Below are positions 41,046 through 52,928 of a DNA stretch of 64,000 nt, piece after piece. This DNA comes from Cyanobacteria bacterium P01_F01_bin.150 (GTDB lineage: Bacteria > Cyanobacteriota > Cyanobacteriia > CAKZMO01): positions 64,001 through 128,000 of the forward strand of contig JBCCYL010000004.1 in NCBI GenBank assembly GCA_039189765.1, given 5' to 3'. The notes below the pieces were generated by a model. That model was not told the origin of the DNA. It worked only from the letters and a program-made list of their open reading frames with translations, and searched no databases. Every line of letters begins with the position of its first letter. The stretch's first letter is position 1. Position numbers and translations under genes: made by a program.

Positions 41046-41801
41046 ATGGTTCAAAGTCGATTAGTTAGCACACTGTTATCACCTGCATTGCGGTTGTGGT
41101 TGAGGTCGCAAGTAGATTCCATAGAGTCTTTGACGATCGACATTGAGGGGAACGATCGCCAAATTTTGGGAGGACATATTCCAGGAGTTGCGCTCCAGGC
41201 CAAACGAGCGATTTATCAGGGGTTGAGCCTCAGCAATCTAACCATGATTGCATCGACAATTTACATCAACATTGGTCAAGTTATACGAGGTAAACCCTTT
41301 AAGTTGCTAGCACCCATTCCAGTGGAAACGACCCTATTTTTGGATGCTGATGGTCTGCATCAGTCCGCTTCGGCGGATCTGCTCTACGATGCTCTTGTAG
41401 AACTATGGCAGCGCCTATGTAAAACTGCACCGGAGCTAGGGGAACGGATTAATAGGCAGCAGCCCCCAACACTCCATTGCGGCGATGGCTATTTAGAAAT
41501 CCATGTGGATTCTTCCATATCTTCTTCTATTTCTATAAATGTGAAGTCCCAAATTTCCCACCAAACCAGGCTTGGAAAACCAACCCATTGCTCAATCCTT
41601 CGAACTAAGCTGCTTATTGTAGAGGAACATTTACTGGAGTTTAAACAGACTTCCTTTTACCCCTCTGGGACTGAATTACCGGTCCCAGTGACTTCATTGG
41701 ATGGCTTTCAGATTGATTTGGGCCGAGACGTTACGATTCAGACGTTAAGCATTTCTACCGAGGGTATCTACTGCCAAGGCCGTATTCTTGTTATGCCCTA
41801 A
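41046..41801 (+). CDS. DUF2993 (LmeA-like) protein
   Basis: LSPALRLWLRSQV, DRQILGG, AIYQGL and IDLGRDVTI motifs. Confidence 0.8.
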   Translation: MVQSRLVSTLLSPALRLWLRSQVDSIESLTIDIEGNDRQILGGHIPGVALQAKRAIYQGLSLSNLTMIASTIYINIGQVIRGKPFKLLAPIPVETTLFLDADGLHQSASADLLYDALVELWQRLCKTAPELGERINRQQPPTLHCGDGYLEIHVDSSISSSISINVKSQISHQTRLGKPTHCSILRTKLLIVEEHLLEFKQTSFYPSGTELPVPVTSLDGFQIDLGRDVTIQTLSISTEGIYCQGRILVMP

Positions 41802-41894
41802 GAATGCGATGACTCGACACGCAATAACAGGTGCGGATACTTTGCACCCACACCTGCTGTTTTTATTTTATGCTAAAGCAAAGTTTTAGAAGAA

Positions 41895-42047
41895 CTATTT
41901 GCTTCGCCGACTATCATCCTGAACTGTTGAACAATCTTGAATCGATGGGTCAGTACTCACTGTAATAACTTGCCATTTACCGGTTTTAGGATCACGACAC
42001 GTTAGAAAGGGATTCTCTTTCAAGGGCCTATCACAGACTTGGGCCAT
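41895..42047 (-). CDS. Candidate 50-aa small protein (below the ORF-track cutoff)
   Basis: ATG at 42047 to TAG at 41895: MAQVCDRPLKENPFLTCRDPKTGKWQVITVSTDPSIQDCSTVQDDSRRSK. Confidence 0.5.
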   Translation of the reverse strand: MAQVCDRPLKENPFLTCRDPKTGKWQVITVSTDPSIQDCSTVQDDSRRSK

Positions 42048-42682
42048 TTGCAAACTTACTCCACACAACACCGTTCAATACCACTAGCGCTTCGTAGCTA
42101 CTGCTTTAAAGCCGAACCGTTCAAATGGTCAATTACCACATAGTTATGGCAATGACATAAGTATCCAATATTGAGCCTACTAAGAGCTGAACAATGCTTT
42201 GTAAAACATTGCTCCACTTTTATAAAGACGCTCTGGAAGTCCCAATATGAACTAAATGCTCCCTTCACAAAACATTCAAACACCTTAAAAAGGTCTTACC
42301 TTTCTGGGGCAGGTTTACTCGACTGTTCGGGATGATTTCATGAATCTAAATATTATTTTTAGATTCAGTTTGTTTCTGCGTCTACATGATAATACGGATA
42401 AGTTGATTTTTCCTAGCTATTTTTTCTGTTTTTTGTGTCTTTTGCGCACATTTGTAGAATCAATCTTGTAGCATTGTAGAAATCAAGCTCAAGGTCTGCT
42501 CTAGAGTTATGATCTGTTATGTCAATCTAGGCGTTATTTATGACTCAGCGTTCTCGTCCCATTAAGCACTACATTCCCCTCAGCGTATTCTTGATTACTT
42601 TATCCGCATACCTCTGGATTTCCCTGTTCATTAGAGGATAGGCTCTTATAGGCAGTGACAGAAAATTTCTTTTAAGTCTTGT

Positions 42683-43318
42683 CTATCCATTATTGTCCAG
42701 ATCACGGCGAAGCGTGTCTAATTCATCCTCAATGCTTCGATAAGAACTATGAGGGGGATTGCTTCTTCTTCCCATGGCTTTACGTCCCACAGTTTGTGTA
42801 TTTGAGAACTTGACATCTTCTCCGGTCAGCCTCATGTAGCCTAGATAAGCTACAGCAACTAGTCCCAATATTAGTAATAGTAGATATTGAAAAGGAATAT
42901 AGCTAAATACGTGAATTCGGATTTTGCTCAGAAACCAAGCAACCCCTAAATACCCTGTTGCCATTAGAGCTGCTCCTTGGACCATACGTACCACTGGAAC
43001 TTGATGCAAAGGTAGCCGTTGCTTTGTTACCCATAAAGATATTCCCACATAGTAGCAAGGAGCCATCAGCAGTAGAATATCGGCTTCTTGAAAAACCCTG
43101 GTCCATCCTCCATTATGTGTTGCAAATAATAGGTACCCGACCGTTAGCAATAAGCTGATCAAGGCCATCCCTAAATTTAGGCTCAACACAAAGGGTTCTT
43201 CTTTTTGGCCTGGGACAGCAATGCAAATGCCCAAGGCGATCCAAGGCGCTGCTAAAATCCACAACAAAATAAGGGGTTGGTAATCATTTAGCAGAGTAAA
43301 AAAGTCTTGAAAGGTCAT
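42683..43318 (-). CDS. Hypothetical multi-pass membrane protein
   Basis: About 5 hydrophobic segments and C-terminal IEDELDTLRR. Confidence 0.7.
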   Translation of the reverse strand: MTFQDFFTLLNDYQPLILLWILAAPWIALGICIAVPGQKEEPFVLSLNLGMALISLLLTVGYLLFATHNGGWTRVFQEADILLLMAPCYYVGISLWVTKQRLPLHQVPVVRMVQGAALMATGYLGVAWFLSKIRIHVFSYIPFQYLLLLILGLVAVAYLGYMRLTGEDVKFSNTQTVGRKAMGRRSNPPHSSYRSIEDELDTLRRDLDNNG

Positions 43319-43470
43319 GGTATGAATACAGGATAAGGATTTGAAGCCAATTTAGTTCCCAGAATTGAACCACATATTGCTAATGTACCCAGAACAATAG
43401 CGATAGAATACTGAATCATCCGTTTAGTGAGAAATGCTGGTGTGGAGACACTCTGAGGATTTAGCAAGTT

Positions 43471-44676
43471 ATGGCATCTGTTTTAGTGATTGGGGGACAA
43501 GGACGAATCGGAGGACGTGTGGCTTTCGATTTGTTGAAATATACAAATGCTCAGGTAACTGTAACGGGTCGCCAACTTTCTACCTCTGAAGCGTCACTGC
43601 CTGATTATGCAGTAAATGAGTCTCGATGGACATCGAGCACACTGGATTTGGATAACCGTGAGCAATTAACGCAGGCGATTGCCTCACACGATTTGATTAT
43701 TCACTGTGCTGGCCCCTTCCACTATCGAGATACTCGCGTTCTAAAAGCCTGCATCGATCAGGGTGTCGACTATCTAGACGTCAGCGATTGTGCCCCCTTT
43801 ACCCAACAAGCATTGGCACTTCATGACGCAGCTCAAGCCGCTGGGATTACTGCAATTATTAATACTGGAGTCTTTCCAGGAATTTCAAATAGCATGGTGC
43901 GGCTCTGCATGGAGACCTTTGCCCAAAAGACCCCTCAAATGTCAGCCCAGTCGTCACCCCAACAGAACAGTCAACAGACAGAGCGGCAAGCCAAGACTAT
44001 TCGTTTATATTATGCGGTAGCAGGTTCTGGAGGGGCTGGAGTAACGGTACTGCGTACCACGTTTCTCGGCCTCCAAAAGCCGTTTCAGGTATGGATAAAT
44101 GGGCAATGGCAGCAGAAACTGCCCTATAGCGATCGCCAAGTCGTCCAGTTTCCAAAGCCTTACGGTAAAGTAGGATTGTACTGGTACGAAGTGCCAGAAA
44201 CAATCACCCTTGCCCAATCCTTTCCGGTACAAACGGTCGTTACGAAGTTTGGTTCGATTCCCGACATCTACAATCGCCTAACTTGGATGGTAGCCCGCTG
44301 GTTCCCCAGCTCCTGGATTCAAGATCCATCCATGATAGAATCGCTATCTCAAGTCAGCTATAAGATGACTCAGGTAAGCGATCGATTCAGTGGTACAGGC
44401 ATTGCGATGAGAGTAGAGGTAACGGACTCTGTAGATGTCGCAGGGAATGATAGCGATCGCTTGACAACCTCAGGATCTCAGCCACAGATGCATGCTATAA
44501 CGCTAACTCATCCCGATACGGCGATCGCCGCTGGAGCGGGAACAGGCAGCTTAGCCCAACTGATTTTGGCAAGGCGACTGCACCAACCCGGCGTTTACCC
44601 CGTAGAAGCAGCTTTACCGACAGCCCTATTTCAAGAGGTAATGACGGCGCGACGGATTCACCTTACCCACGGCTAA
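43471..44676 (+). CDS. Saccharopine dehydrogenase-like oxidoreductase
   Basis: IGGQGRIG, HCAGPF, YLDVSD and GVFPGISN motifs. Confidence 0.88.
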   Translation: MASVLVIGGQGRIGGRVAFDLLKYTNAQVTVTGRQLSTSEASLPDYAVNESRWTSSTLDLDNREQLTQAIASHDLIIHCAGPFHYRDTRVLKACIDQGVDYLDVSDCAPFTQQALALHDAAQAAGITAIINTGVFPGISNSMVRLCMETFAQKTPQMSAQSSPQQNSQQTERQAKTIRLYYAVAGSGGAGVTVLRTTFLGLQKPFQVWINGQWQQKLPYSDRQVVQFPKPYGKVGLYWYEVPETITLAQSFPVQTVVTKFGSIPDIYNRLTWMVARWFPSSWIQDPSMIESLSQVSYKMTQVSDRFSGTGIAMRVEVTDSVDVAGNDSDRLTTSGSQPQMHAITLTHPDTAIAAGAGTGSLAQLILARRLHQPGVYPVEAALPTALFQEVMTARRIHLTHG

Positions 44677-44751
44677 CGATAGCGTCATGGTTAGCATAGC
44701 TGGGCTAAAATTTACCTATTGGCAAGTTGGCAATAGCAATAGCAAGGAGCG

Positions 44752-45433
44752 ATGACAACGATGTCTGCAAACATCATCACTCCAATTCAGGTTTCTTCGT
44801 CCCAGATAGAGCCGTCTTTAGCGGAAAAGCGAGTATCGTTAAACGTCTCCTGGCAAGGATTTCAAACAATTTTGGGGGCGTTGGAAGGCGATCGTTCAGC
44901 CCAACTGACTTACTACAATAATGGAATTCTCGAAATTATGACTCCGCTTGAATCCCATGAAAGCGACAGCGGTTTAATTGGCCAGTTTATTGAAATTACC
45001 ACCGAAGAACTGGACCTCACGATTAAGACAATGGGATCCTCTAGGCTAAGCCGCAATACCCTTGGCGGAGCTGAACCCGATCAAGGATATTATATCGCCA
45101 ACGAACCAAAGGTCAGAGGACGGCGAGTGGATTTGTCGGTGCCCCCACTCACCCGATTTAGTGGTAGAAGTGGACATCACCAATACAGATATTGATAAAA
45201 ATGCCGTTTATGCCAAACTGGGGATTCCTGAATTTTGGAGATATGACGGTCAAACTCTGAGAATTTACCAGATTCAAAACCATCAGTACCGCGAAGTTGC
45301 CCAAAGTCCCACGTTTCCGCTTGTCCCGAAAGAGCGGCCATATGAGTTCCTCAATAACTGTGCCCAACAAGGAGAAACCGCTGCAAAGCGAACGTTACGA
45401 GTCTGGTTACGTCAGCAGACAGGTTGCACGTAA
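44752..45433 (+). pseudogene. Uma2-family (PD-(D/E)XK) endonuclease split by a frameshift near 45142-45150
   Basis: First frame has VSWQGF...LEIMTP...AEPDQGYY. Second frame continues PDLVVEVDIT...YAKLGIPEFWRYDG. Confidence 0.85.
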
Positions 45434-45568
45434 CAGACCTCCATTCGTCCAAGAAGGCTTGGCGAGTACATTGCATGTTCAACAGCTATCTGTCGTATGT
45501 CCGCCCGAGGCGACCATACACACCACCTTGAAACACAATCGCGATTCTTTACCCTGGGTGACCATATC

Positions 45569-45958
45569 CTATGAGAAGCTAGCTGCATCAAGATATTCGT
45601 CGATATTTGTGTAAAATATTGTGACTTCCTCACCCTCTCGAATCTCTTCTGTCGCTTCCAGATGAGCCCATATTCCACAGTCATCTTCAATCCAATTAAC
45701 GCAAGCATTTGGACTGTCGCTATGATTACAAAGTGAGGTCATGCCAAAAACAATATATCCACTAACTTTGGCCGATTCATACACATACTCTGTCGGATTG
45801 ACAAATAAGTATCGGTAACAATCCAACTTTTCAATTACGTTCCTTTCAGAATGTGAGATTCTAGAAGCAGGTACAGCCTCTATAAGAGTTCCCTTTTGAA
45901 TATTTTTCGTGGCGACAATACCGCGCCCTTTACCCGGAAATATAGTTAAATTTATCAT
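45569..45958 (-). CDS. SET-domain protein (putative lysine methyltransferase)
   Basis: KGRGIVATKNIQKGTLIE, SLCNHSDSPN and IREGEEVTIFY motifs. Confidence 0.9.
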   Translation of the reverse strand: MINLTIFPGKGRGIVATKNIQKGTLIEAVPASRISHSERNVIEKLDCYRYLFVNPTEYVYESAKVSGYIVFGMTSLCNHSDSPNACVNWIEDDCGIWAHLEATEEIREGEEVTIFYTNIDEYLDAASFS

Positions 45959-45997
45959 CGTAATAGACTCATTTATTCCAGACTAAGTAAAAGATAG

Positions 45998-46582
45998 TTA
46001 TTCCTGAACTCCACCTCTTTCGACTTCCATCCATACCATGTCAACTAAATCTCCATTTGGCATATTCCAGGATTCAGTCATAATCTCTTTAACAAAAAAA
46101 CCCGATCTTTTACACATATTAATTGAAGTTTTGTTTGAAGCTAAAATCGCTGCGCCAATCCTCTTAATATTTAGTTCATTAAAAGCATGAGTAACCATAC
46201 CTTGCAATGTCAATCTTCCATACCCTTTATTTCTATACCTTCTATCTAAAATGGCAACGCCGGTTTCGGTCGTGAGTAAGTCCATATTAAATCCCTTTAG
46301 CACACCATATCCAATTGGCTGTGGCTCCGTTTCCAGAAAAACTCCAAGCACAACGGGTTCACTTGGACGGGAAAAGGGTAAGGCATACGCTGCAAGAGCT
46401 TCCACAAAACCATCTACATCATCAGAGGAAAAAGATGTTTCCCAACCCATCGCATCTATTAACTCAGGGTCTTTTGCCAGCTTAATCAAATGCTTGATGT
46501 CATCTTCTTCAATTAAAGCTAATATCACTTTTCGATTGGCTTTTTGATACTCTGTTATCACTCTAGCGTTTGATAAGCTCAT
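45998..46582 (-). CDS. GNAT N-acetyltransferase (RimJ/RimL-like)
   Basis: YRNKGYG acetyl-CoA motif, AFNELNIKRI and NKTSINMCKRSGF. Confidence 0.85.
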   Translation of the reverse strand: MSLSNARVITEYQKANRKVILALIEEDDIKHLIKLAKDPELIDAMGWETSFSSDDVDGFVEALAAYALPFSRPSEPVVLGVFLETEPQPIGYGVLKGFNMDLLTTETGVAILDRRYRNKGYGRLTLQGMVTHAFNELNIKRIGAAILASNKTSINMCKRSGFFVKEIMTESWNMPNGDLVDMVWMEVERGGVQE

Positions 46583-46668
46583 CCTTTAAACGTCTTATTA
46601 ACTTAATTGTGGTCTTAAAGCGATATAGCTGATTAATTATAGTTGATAAAATGGTTTAATCTAAATCT

Positions 46669-46720
46669 CAAAATTCATCTTAAATAGAAATAAAATTAAC
46701 GGTATGGTGGGCGCGAAGTG
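46669..46720 (+). mobile_element. MITE family A, degenerate left half
   Basis: ...GAAATAAAATTAACGGTATGGTGGGCGCGAAG matches the family A left arm and loop. Confidence 0.45.
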
Positions 46721-46979
46721 GTTGTTTTAGTTGCCTAACTTAGACATCCTAAAGTGGCATTGCCAATAAATATGTAAGATACACGAAGATCAGAGCCAAA
46801 ATCAAATTTTTTACAACCTATCAACTTTTAAAATCCTATCCCACGACCATACTTTAAATAAATTTAATATTCAGCAGCTACCCATTTACAGATCTTGAGG
46901 CTGACAGAAAAATCGCTGTCTTTGGGATACTCTATATATTGGCATGTTGGCAAACTTATTAACGTGATAAGCAGAAACA

Positions 46980-47645
46980 ATGACAACCTATGTGATTACT
47001 GGTGCTAATCGCGGCATTGGCTATGAGTACTGCAAACAACTCACCGAGCGAGGAGATAAAGCGATCGCCCTCTGCCGCACTCCATCCCAAGAGCTGCTTG
47101 ATTTAGGCATCCGTGTCGAGGCCAACGTAGATATCACCTCTGATGCCTCAGTTGCAGCTGTTGTCCAGCGCTTGCGGGATATCTCTCTCGATGTCTTGAT
47201 TAACAATGCCGGAATTTTAGAGCGAGTCACCCTGGACGACTTGAATTTTGATAGCATTCGTCGGCAATTTGAGGTAAATGCCATAGGGCCACTGCGTCTC
47301 ACCAAAGCCCTTCTGCCAGCATTGCCAAACGGTGCCAAAGTAGTGCTGATGACTAGTCGCATGGGGTCCATTGATGACAATACCTCTGGCGGTTCCTACG
47401 GCTACCGCATGTCTAAAGTGGCACTGTCCATGGCAGGAAAGTCATTATCCCATGACCTTTCCCATCGAAATATTGCCGTCGCTATTTTGCATCCTGGGTT
47501 GGTCCAAACTCGGATGACTGGATTTACCCCCCACGGCATTACCCCTACAGAATCGGTAAAGGGATTACTCGATCGGATTGATCAGCTTACTCTAGATACC
47601 ACCGGAACCTTTTGGCATGCCAATGGGGAAGTTTTGCCTTGGTAG
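46980..47645 (+). CDS. Short-chain dehydrogenase/reductase (CsgA/C-factor-like)
   Basis: TGANRGIG, NNAG, SRMGSI, YRMSK and HPGLVQTRM motifs. Confidence 0.92.
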   Translation: MTTYVITGANRGIGYEYCKQLTERGDKAIALCRTPSQELLDLGIRVEANVDITSDASVAAVVQRLRDISLDVLINNAGILERVTLDDLNFDSIRRQFEVNAIGPLRLTKALLPALPNGAKVVLMTSRMGSIDDNTSGGSYGYRMSKVALSMAGKSLSHDLSHRNIAVAILHPGLVQTRMTGFTPHGITPTESVKGLLDRIDQLTLDTTGTFWHANGEVLPW

Positions 47646-47781
47646 GGTAGGGGGTAGGAGAGCCTGGCAAGGGCGATCACCGCTTTTTTCGCTTTGGGAG
47701 TTAATCTAAATCCATAACTATTCACGAATTGAAACCCTTAAATCATCAGAAAATCTGAAATTCGATGATAGTATACCGGAA

Positions 47782-47867
47782 CACAGTAGGGGTGCCTGCG
47801 TTAAATCCAGGCTGAGAATACACCCTTTGGACCTGAGACTGGTTAGTACCAGCGTAGGGAAGCTGTG
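47782..47867 (+). promoter_or_regulatory. TPP riboswitch
   Basis: AGGGGTGC...GCTGAGA...ACCCTTTGGACCTGA...GG-TAGTA-CCAGCGTAGGGAAG with P1 CACAG/CTGTG, directly upstream of thiC. Confidence 0.95.
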
Positions 47868-47868
47868 A

Positions 47869-49290
<1,422 letters not shown>

Positions 49291-49319
49291 GCACTTCTTA
49301 GGCTTAAATCCTAAGCCAT

Positions 49320-49428
49320 GTAGGATGGGCAAAACAACGGGGGCCAATCATGGCAACTCGTGCGATGGGCATGTCCTTGCGTCCTTTGTCCATCCTACTT
49401 TCCAAATCCTGGTGAATAATACAGGCTA
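49320..49428 (-). repeat. REPIN-like dispersed repeat, family B, copy 2
   Basis: GTAGGATGGGCAAA ... TTTGTCCATCCTAC inverted arms. Matches 256-364. Confidence 0.85.
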
Positions 49429-49485
49429 AAACAACGGTAGTGGGGGCGCAAAGTTCCCCCCACTACCCGTCGAAAATTGATAGCT
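49429..49485 (+). mobile_element. MITE family A, right part, abutting family B repeat
   Basis: AACGGTAGTGGGGG-CGCAAAGTT-CCCCCCACTACCCGTCGAAAATTGATAGC. Confidence 0.75.
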
Positions 49486-49941
49486 TTATTTACTTGTTGA
49501 CCTAATATTATGTTCAAGCTGTTCAACTTTTTCCTGGAGGGCAAACATGTCTTGGCGAGTTTCAATCACCAGGGTTGCAAGCTGGTCAAACATCAGTTCA
49601 GCTTGCGCAGCTTCTAAATCTAGAGGGTCGGAGGAGACTGGGCGTTGCTGATTGGATTGAGCGATCGCATCGTCTTGCCTTCCACGACTATCTGGAATAA
49701 GTTCCTGCCCGATAATTCGGTCACCAGATGCTCGTTGTACTCGGTCTAACGCTGTTTCAACCTGTTGAATCTCTGTGCGGAGAGTACGGATGTCTGACTC
49801 AATTCGAGACAAACGAAACGACGTGGTTGTGTCAAGCTGAGCACGGGCGGGATGATTGGCCGAAGCCCCCCAGAGTAAGAACAAAGTGAGCACGACTCCC
49901 AGGGTCACTTGAATCCACTGCTTTGCTGATAAGAGACGCAT
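49486..49941 (-). CDS. Secreted coiled-coil hypothetical protein
   Basis: Signal peptide ending ARA, RLSRIES and MFDQLATLVIE motifs. Confidence 0.7.
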   Translation of the reverse strand: MRLLSAKQWIQVTLGVVLTLFLLWGASANHPARAQLDTTTSFRLSRIESDIRTLRTEIQQVETALDRVQRASGDRIIGQELIPDSRGRQDDAIAQSNQQRPVSSDPLDLEAAQAELMFDQLATLVIETRQDMFALQEKVEQLEHNIRSTSK

Positions 49942-50003
49942 GGCATTTTCAGCTTCAGGCTGATGTAAAAATCACTGCTGGGCAAGTTCGACCGGCCTAT
50001 CCG

Positions 50004-52682
50004 CTATGACGACACTGGAGAAGGCGTTGGATTAAGTGCAGCCTTTGGATATGGAATTCGTTTATGGTTGTACTGCTGCCATACTCGCACAAAAATCTCA
50101 GCAATTCGCCTCATATCTTGGCGGGTCAAGCCTGAATCCACCATTTGATTATCTTGCCAGCGAGCGTTCAGAATTTTATTGACCATGGCTAATGCTTCTT
50201 CGTAGGAAGCATCTTTAAGCGAACGTAATGCTGCCTCACAGGAATCTGCCAACATCAAAATGCCAGTCTCTCGCGATTGGGGAATAGGGCCATCGTATCG
50301 GAAGTCCTCTTCCCGTACCTCAATACTCGGGTCTTCCTCGGCTCGTTTTTTGGCCTGATAGTAAAAGTAAGTAATTAACATCGTGCCCTGATGCTCGGGG
50401 ATACAGGCCTGTATGGCTCCTGGTAGCCGACATTTCCTTGCCATAACTAGACCTTCTGACACATGCTTCTTGATAATTTCCGCACTTTTCCATGGATCAT
50501 TAATCAGGTCATGCTTGTTAGGACCCCCCATTTGATTTTCGATAAAGCCTTGGGGGTCATGCATTTTGCCAATGTCGTGGTACAGCGTTCCAGAACGCAC
50601 TAGCTCCACATTACAGCGTAAATCCCTAGCAGCCGCTTCTGCCAAACTGGCTACAAATACCGTGTGCTGAAACGTCCCCGGAGCTTCTGATGCCAATCGT
50701 TTAAGTAACGGACGGTTTGGATTAGACAGTTCTACCAATCGAATCGGCGTTACCAAATCAAATAGATGCTCTAAATAAGGGCTAATTCCTAAGGCAACCA
50801 CACTCCAGGCAACCCCCATCAGTGCTTGAATTAACGTTGCCGTTAGTAGGGTTTGAAATACGGGACCGGCTGCGGCACTCAAAATCAAACTAATGATCAG
50901 AAAGACAATGCCCTGAACCAAGCCAACACTGCCCCCTAACAATGCCAATTCCTCTCTGGAGCGGAGGCGATCAGCCATCACCGTTCCGACTAAACTGCCT
51001 ACTACACTGGCAATAAAGGTTCGTACGTTGATTTCCAGGCCAATAGGTAACATCAAGCTAAGTAAGCTAATGACTGTGATGCCCAGAGGTGAACCATAGA
51101 AGCTGCCAATTAATAGTCCGACTAGAGGCAAATTTGAGGCAGGGAGTCCTAGGGCAATGACCAATGGTGTACTCAGGATTAACAATACGACCAAAACATG
51201 ATCACGCGATCGCAGCTTGGGGCGAAATCGGTACTCGGCAAACAAGAAAAGGGCCACTCCCCCACTCGTTAGAGCCGCGAAGCCCACTAACCCAAACCAA
51301 TTTATCCCTCTACCGCTCATTTGAAATTCATCTAGAAGAACAAACTGAGCCTGGCTAATTTGATCACCTGCTTCTACGATAGTTTCCCCCCTGCGAATTT
51401 CGACCATTTCAGGCTGAACAGACTGAGCAGCTTGTTCTGCTAACACTCTGGTTTGTTCTTCGTCTCTCACCAAATTAGGTTTAATAATGCCCATCAATAA
51501 ATCGACCGTTAGTGGAATAGCCGATTGGGGAACGTAGCGTTCAATATGAAAAAGGATTGCTTGCCGCAGTAAATCATCAGGAGTTCCGGCAGACACTCCT
51601 TGGGTAAGGGTTCGCTCCAGAATATGTCGAATACCAGATTGGGTTTCTACCCATTCATTATCTGTAAGGAGAAGAAGCGAGTGAGTATAAAAATTAGTCG
51701 GCTTTTTAACAGGAGATGAATTCAGAGTCGCAAGGGCAATCTTATAGCGTTGCCGAGAACGAATAATTAGCTGTTTTAACGCCGAAAAATCATCTTTAGA
51801 GGAAGCATTTCGATAGGCTTGGAGTTCAATAATCGCTAATTGTTGGGATGCTTGAGGACTAAAAGTGGATAATTCTTCCTCCCGACCGTTTGCCGATGGT
51901 GTTTCCTCTCTAAGAACTCCAGAATCGTTTAGAAGACCAGGCTCCTTGGTTTCTTTTGCATCCAGTAATACAAGGACATCTCTCCATTCACTTTCTGATG
52001 CCTGTCTCAAATAGTTTTGAGCACGAGTCGATAAGGTTGAAGGGTCAATAAACGGAAAGGCTCCTGCCTCAGTCCTAATTTCGCCTGCATAAGTCAGCGA
52101 TCGCTGTAACGATTGATAAATACGTTGATTAACCGTTTGGTCAATCATTAGAACAGGTAATGCCCCTTTGCTAGCAGCTTCTCGACGGGCTTGAGTCGTC
52201 ACAACATCTTCCACCAGTGCGTCTTCAGGCGCACGAAGGGTCTGGGGTGCGATGGTTTCGACCGCCAGTTTAGGTTCGTTATAGAATCGATAGCCGATGG
52301 CACTGGTTAAAGATGCCACCGTCACAACAAAAGCAATAGAAGACGAGTAGCCCAATCGTTTTCTAGCTTTCTTTTTCGGAGAACAGTTTAAGGATGTAGT
52401 ATTTGAAGGAGATTTAAATTCATCAGCTTGAGTCTGTAGGAATCGAGCAATAGCATCTGTTGTTTTGGCAGATGTCTTACCAGTACCTTTCTCAGTTACT
52501 GAATGCATGTCAATAGAAACGGTCGCGGGTTGATGATCGTCTGCATGAGCCGACATCTTTGACTGTGATTCTTCTATATTCTTGGAGACCATTCCGCTTG
52601 AAAGTGATGTCATATTGGTAACAACATCCGACTGCCGCCCTCGACCTATTTGTTGCGCCAATGAACGAAACAATTTCATCAT
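50004..52682 (-). CDS. 7TM-HD (HDIG) phosphohydrolase, PgpH-like cyclic dinucleotide phosphodiesterase
   Basis: Extracytoplasmic domain, about 7 TM helices, APGTFQH, YHDIGK, EHQGT, FRYDGP and LADSCEAA motifs. Confidence 0.9.
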   Translation of the reverse strand: MMKLFRSLAQQIGRGRQSDVVTNMTSLSSGMVSKNIEESQSKMSAHADDHQPATVSIDMHSVTEKGTGKTSAKTTDAIARFLQTQADEFKSPSNTTSLNCSPKKKARKRLGYSSSIAFVVTVASLTSAIGYRFYNEPKLAVETIAPQTLRAPEDALVEDVVTTQARREAASKGALPVLMIDQTVNQRIYQSLQRSLTYAGEIRTEAGAFPFIDPSTLSTRAQNYLRQASESEWRDVLVLLDAKETKEPGLLNDSGVLREETPSANGREEELSTFSPQASQQLAIIELQAYRNASSKDDFSALKQLIIRSRQRYKIALATLNSSPVKKPTNFYTHSLLLLTDNEWVETQSGIRHILERTLTQGVSAGTPDDLLRQAILFHIERYVPQSAIPLTVDLLMGIIKPNLVRDEEQTRVLAEQAAQSVQPEMVEIRRGETIVEAGDQISQAQFVLLDEFQMSGRGINWFGLVGFAALTSGGVALFLFAEYRFRPKLRSRDHVLVVLLILSTPLVIALGLPASNLPLVGLLIGSFYGSPLGITVISLLSLMLPIGLEINVRTFIASVVGSLVGTVMADRLRSREELALLGGSVGLVQGIVFLIISLILSAAAGPVFQTLLTATLIQALMGVAWSVVALGISPYLEHLFDLVTPIRLVELSNPNRPLLKRLASEAPGTFQHTVFVASLAEAAARDLRCNVELVRSGTLYHDIGKMHDPQGFIENQMGGPNKHDLINDPWKSAEIIKKHVSEGLVMARKCRLPGAIQACIPEHQGTMLITYFYYQAKKRAEEDPSIEVREEDFRYDGPIPQSRETGILMLADSCEAALRSLKDASYEEALAMVNKILNARWQDNQMVDSGLTRQDMRRIAEIFVRVWQQYNHKRIPYPKAALNPTPSPVSS

Positions 52683-52928
52683 GTCACCAACCGTTCAATA
52701 ACTGGACAGCCTTTACACGTCTCGAACATACAGAAAACAAGTTTGGGAATCCATCGAACACAATGTGTAACATCACAGGTTGCAATAGGCTAGTAGAGGT
52801 CTTTACTTAACCGACCCTATGCTGGTCTCAAATAGGGCAATCTTAAGCACGATACGCTGGACCCCTCCCATTGTAAACCCGATACTCGCAGGATTGTTCA
52901 CTTTGAGGTTGGGCTTGCTTCTAAAAAC

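Noticed and set aside
45400..47000. Absence of HIP1 as proof of foreign origin for the SET/GNAT cassette
   Set aside because: At roughly one site per kb, a gap this short is not significant by itself.
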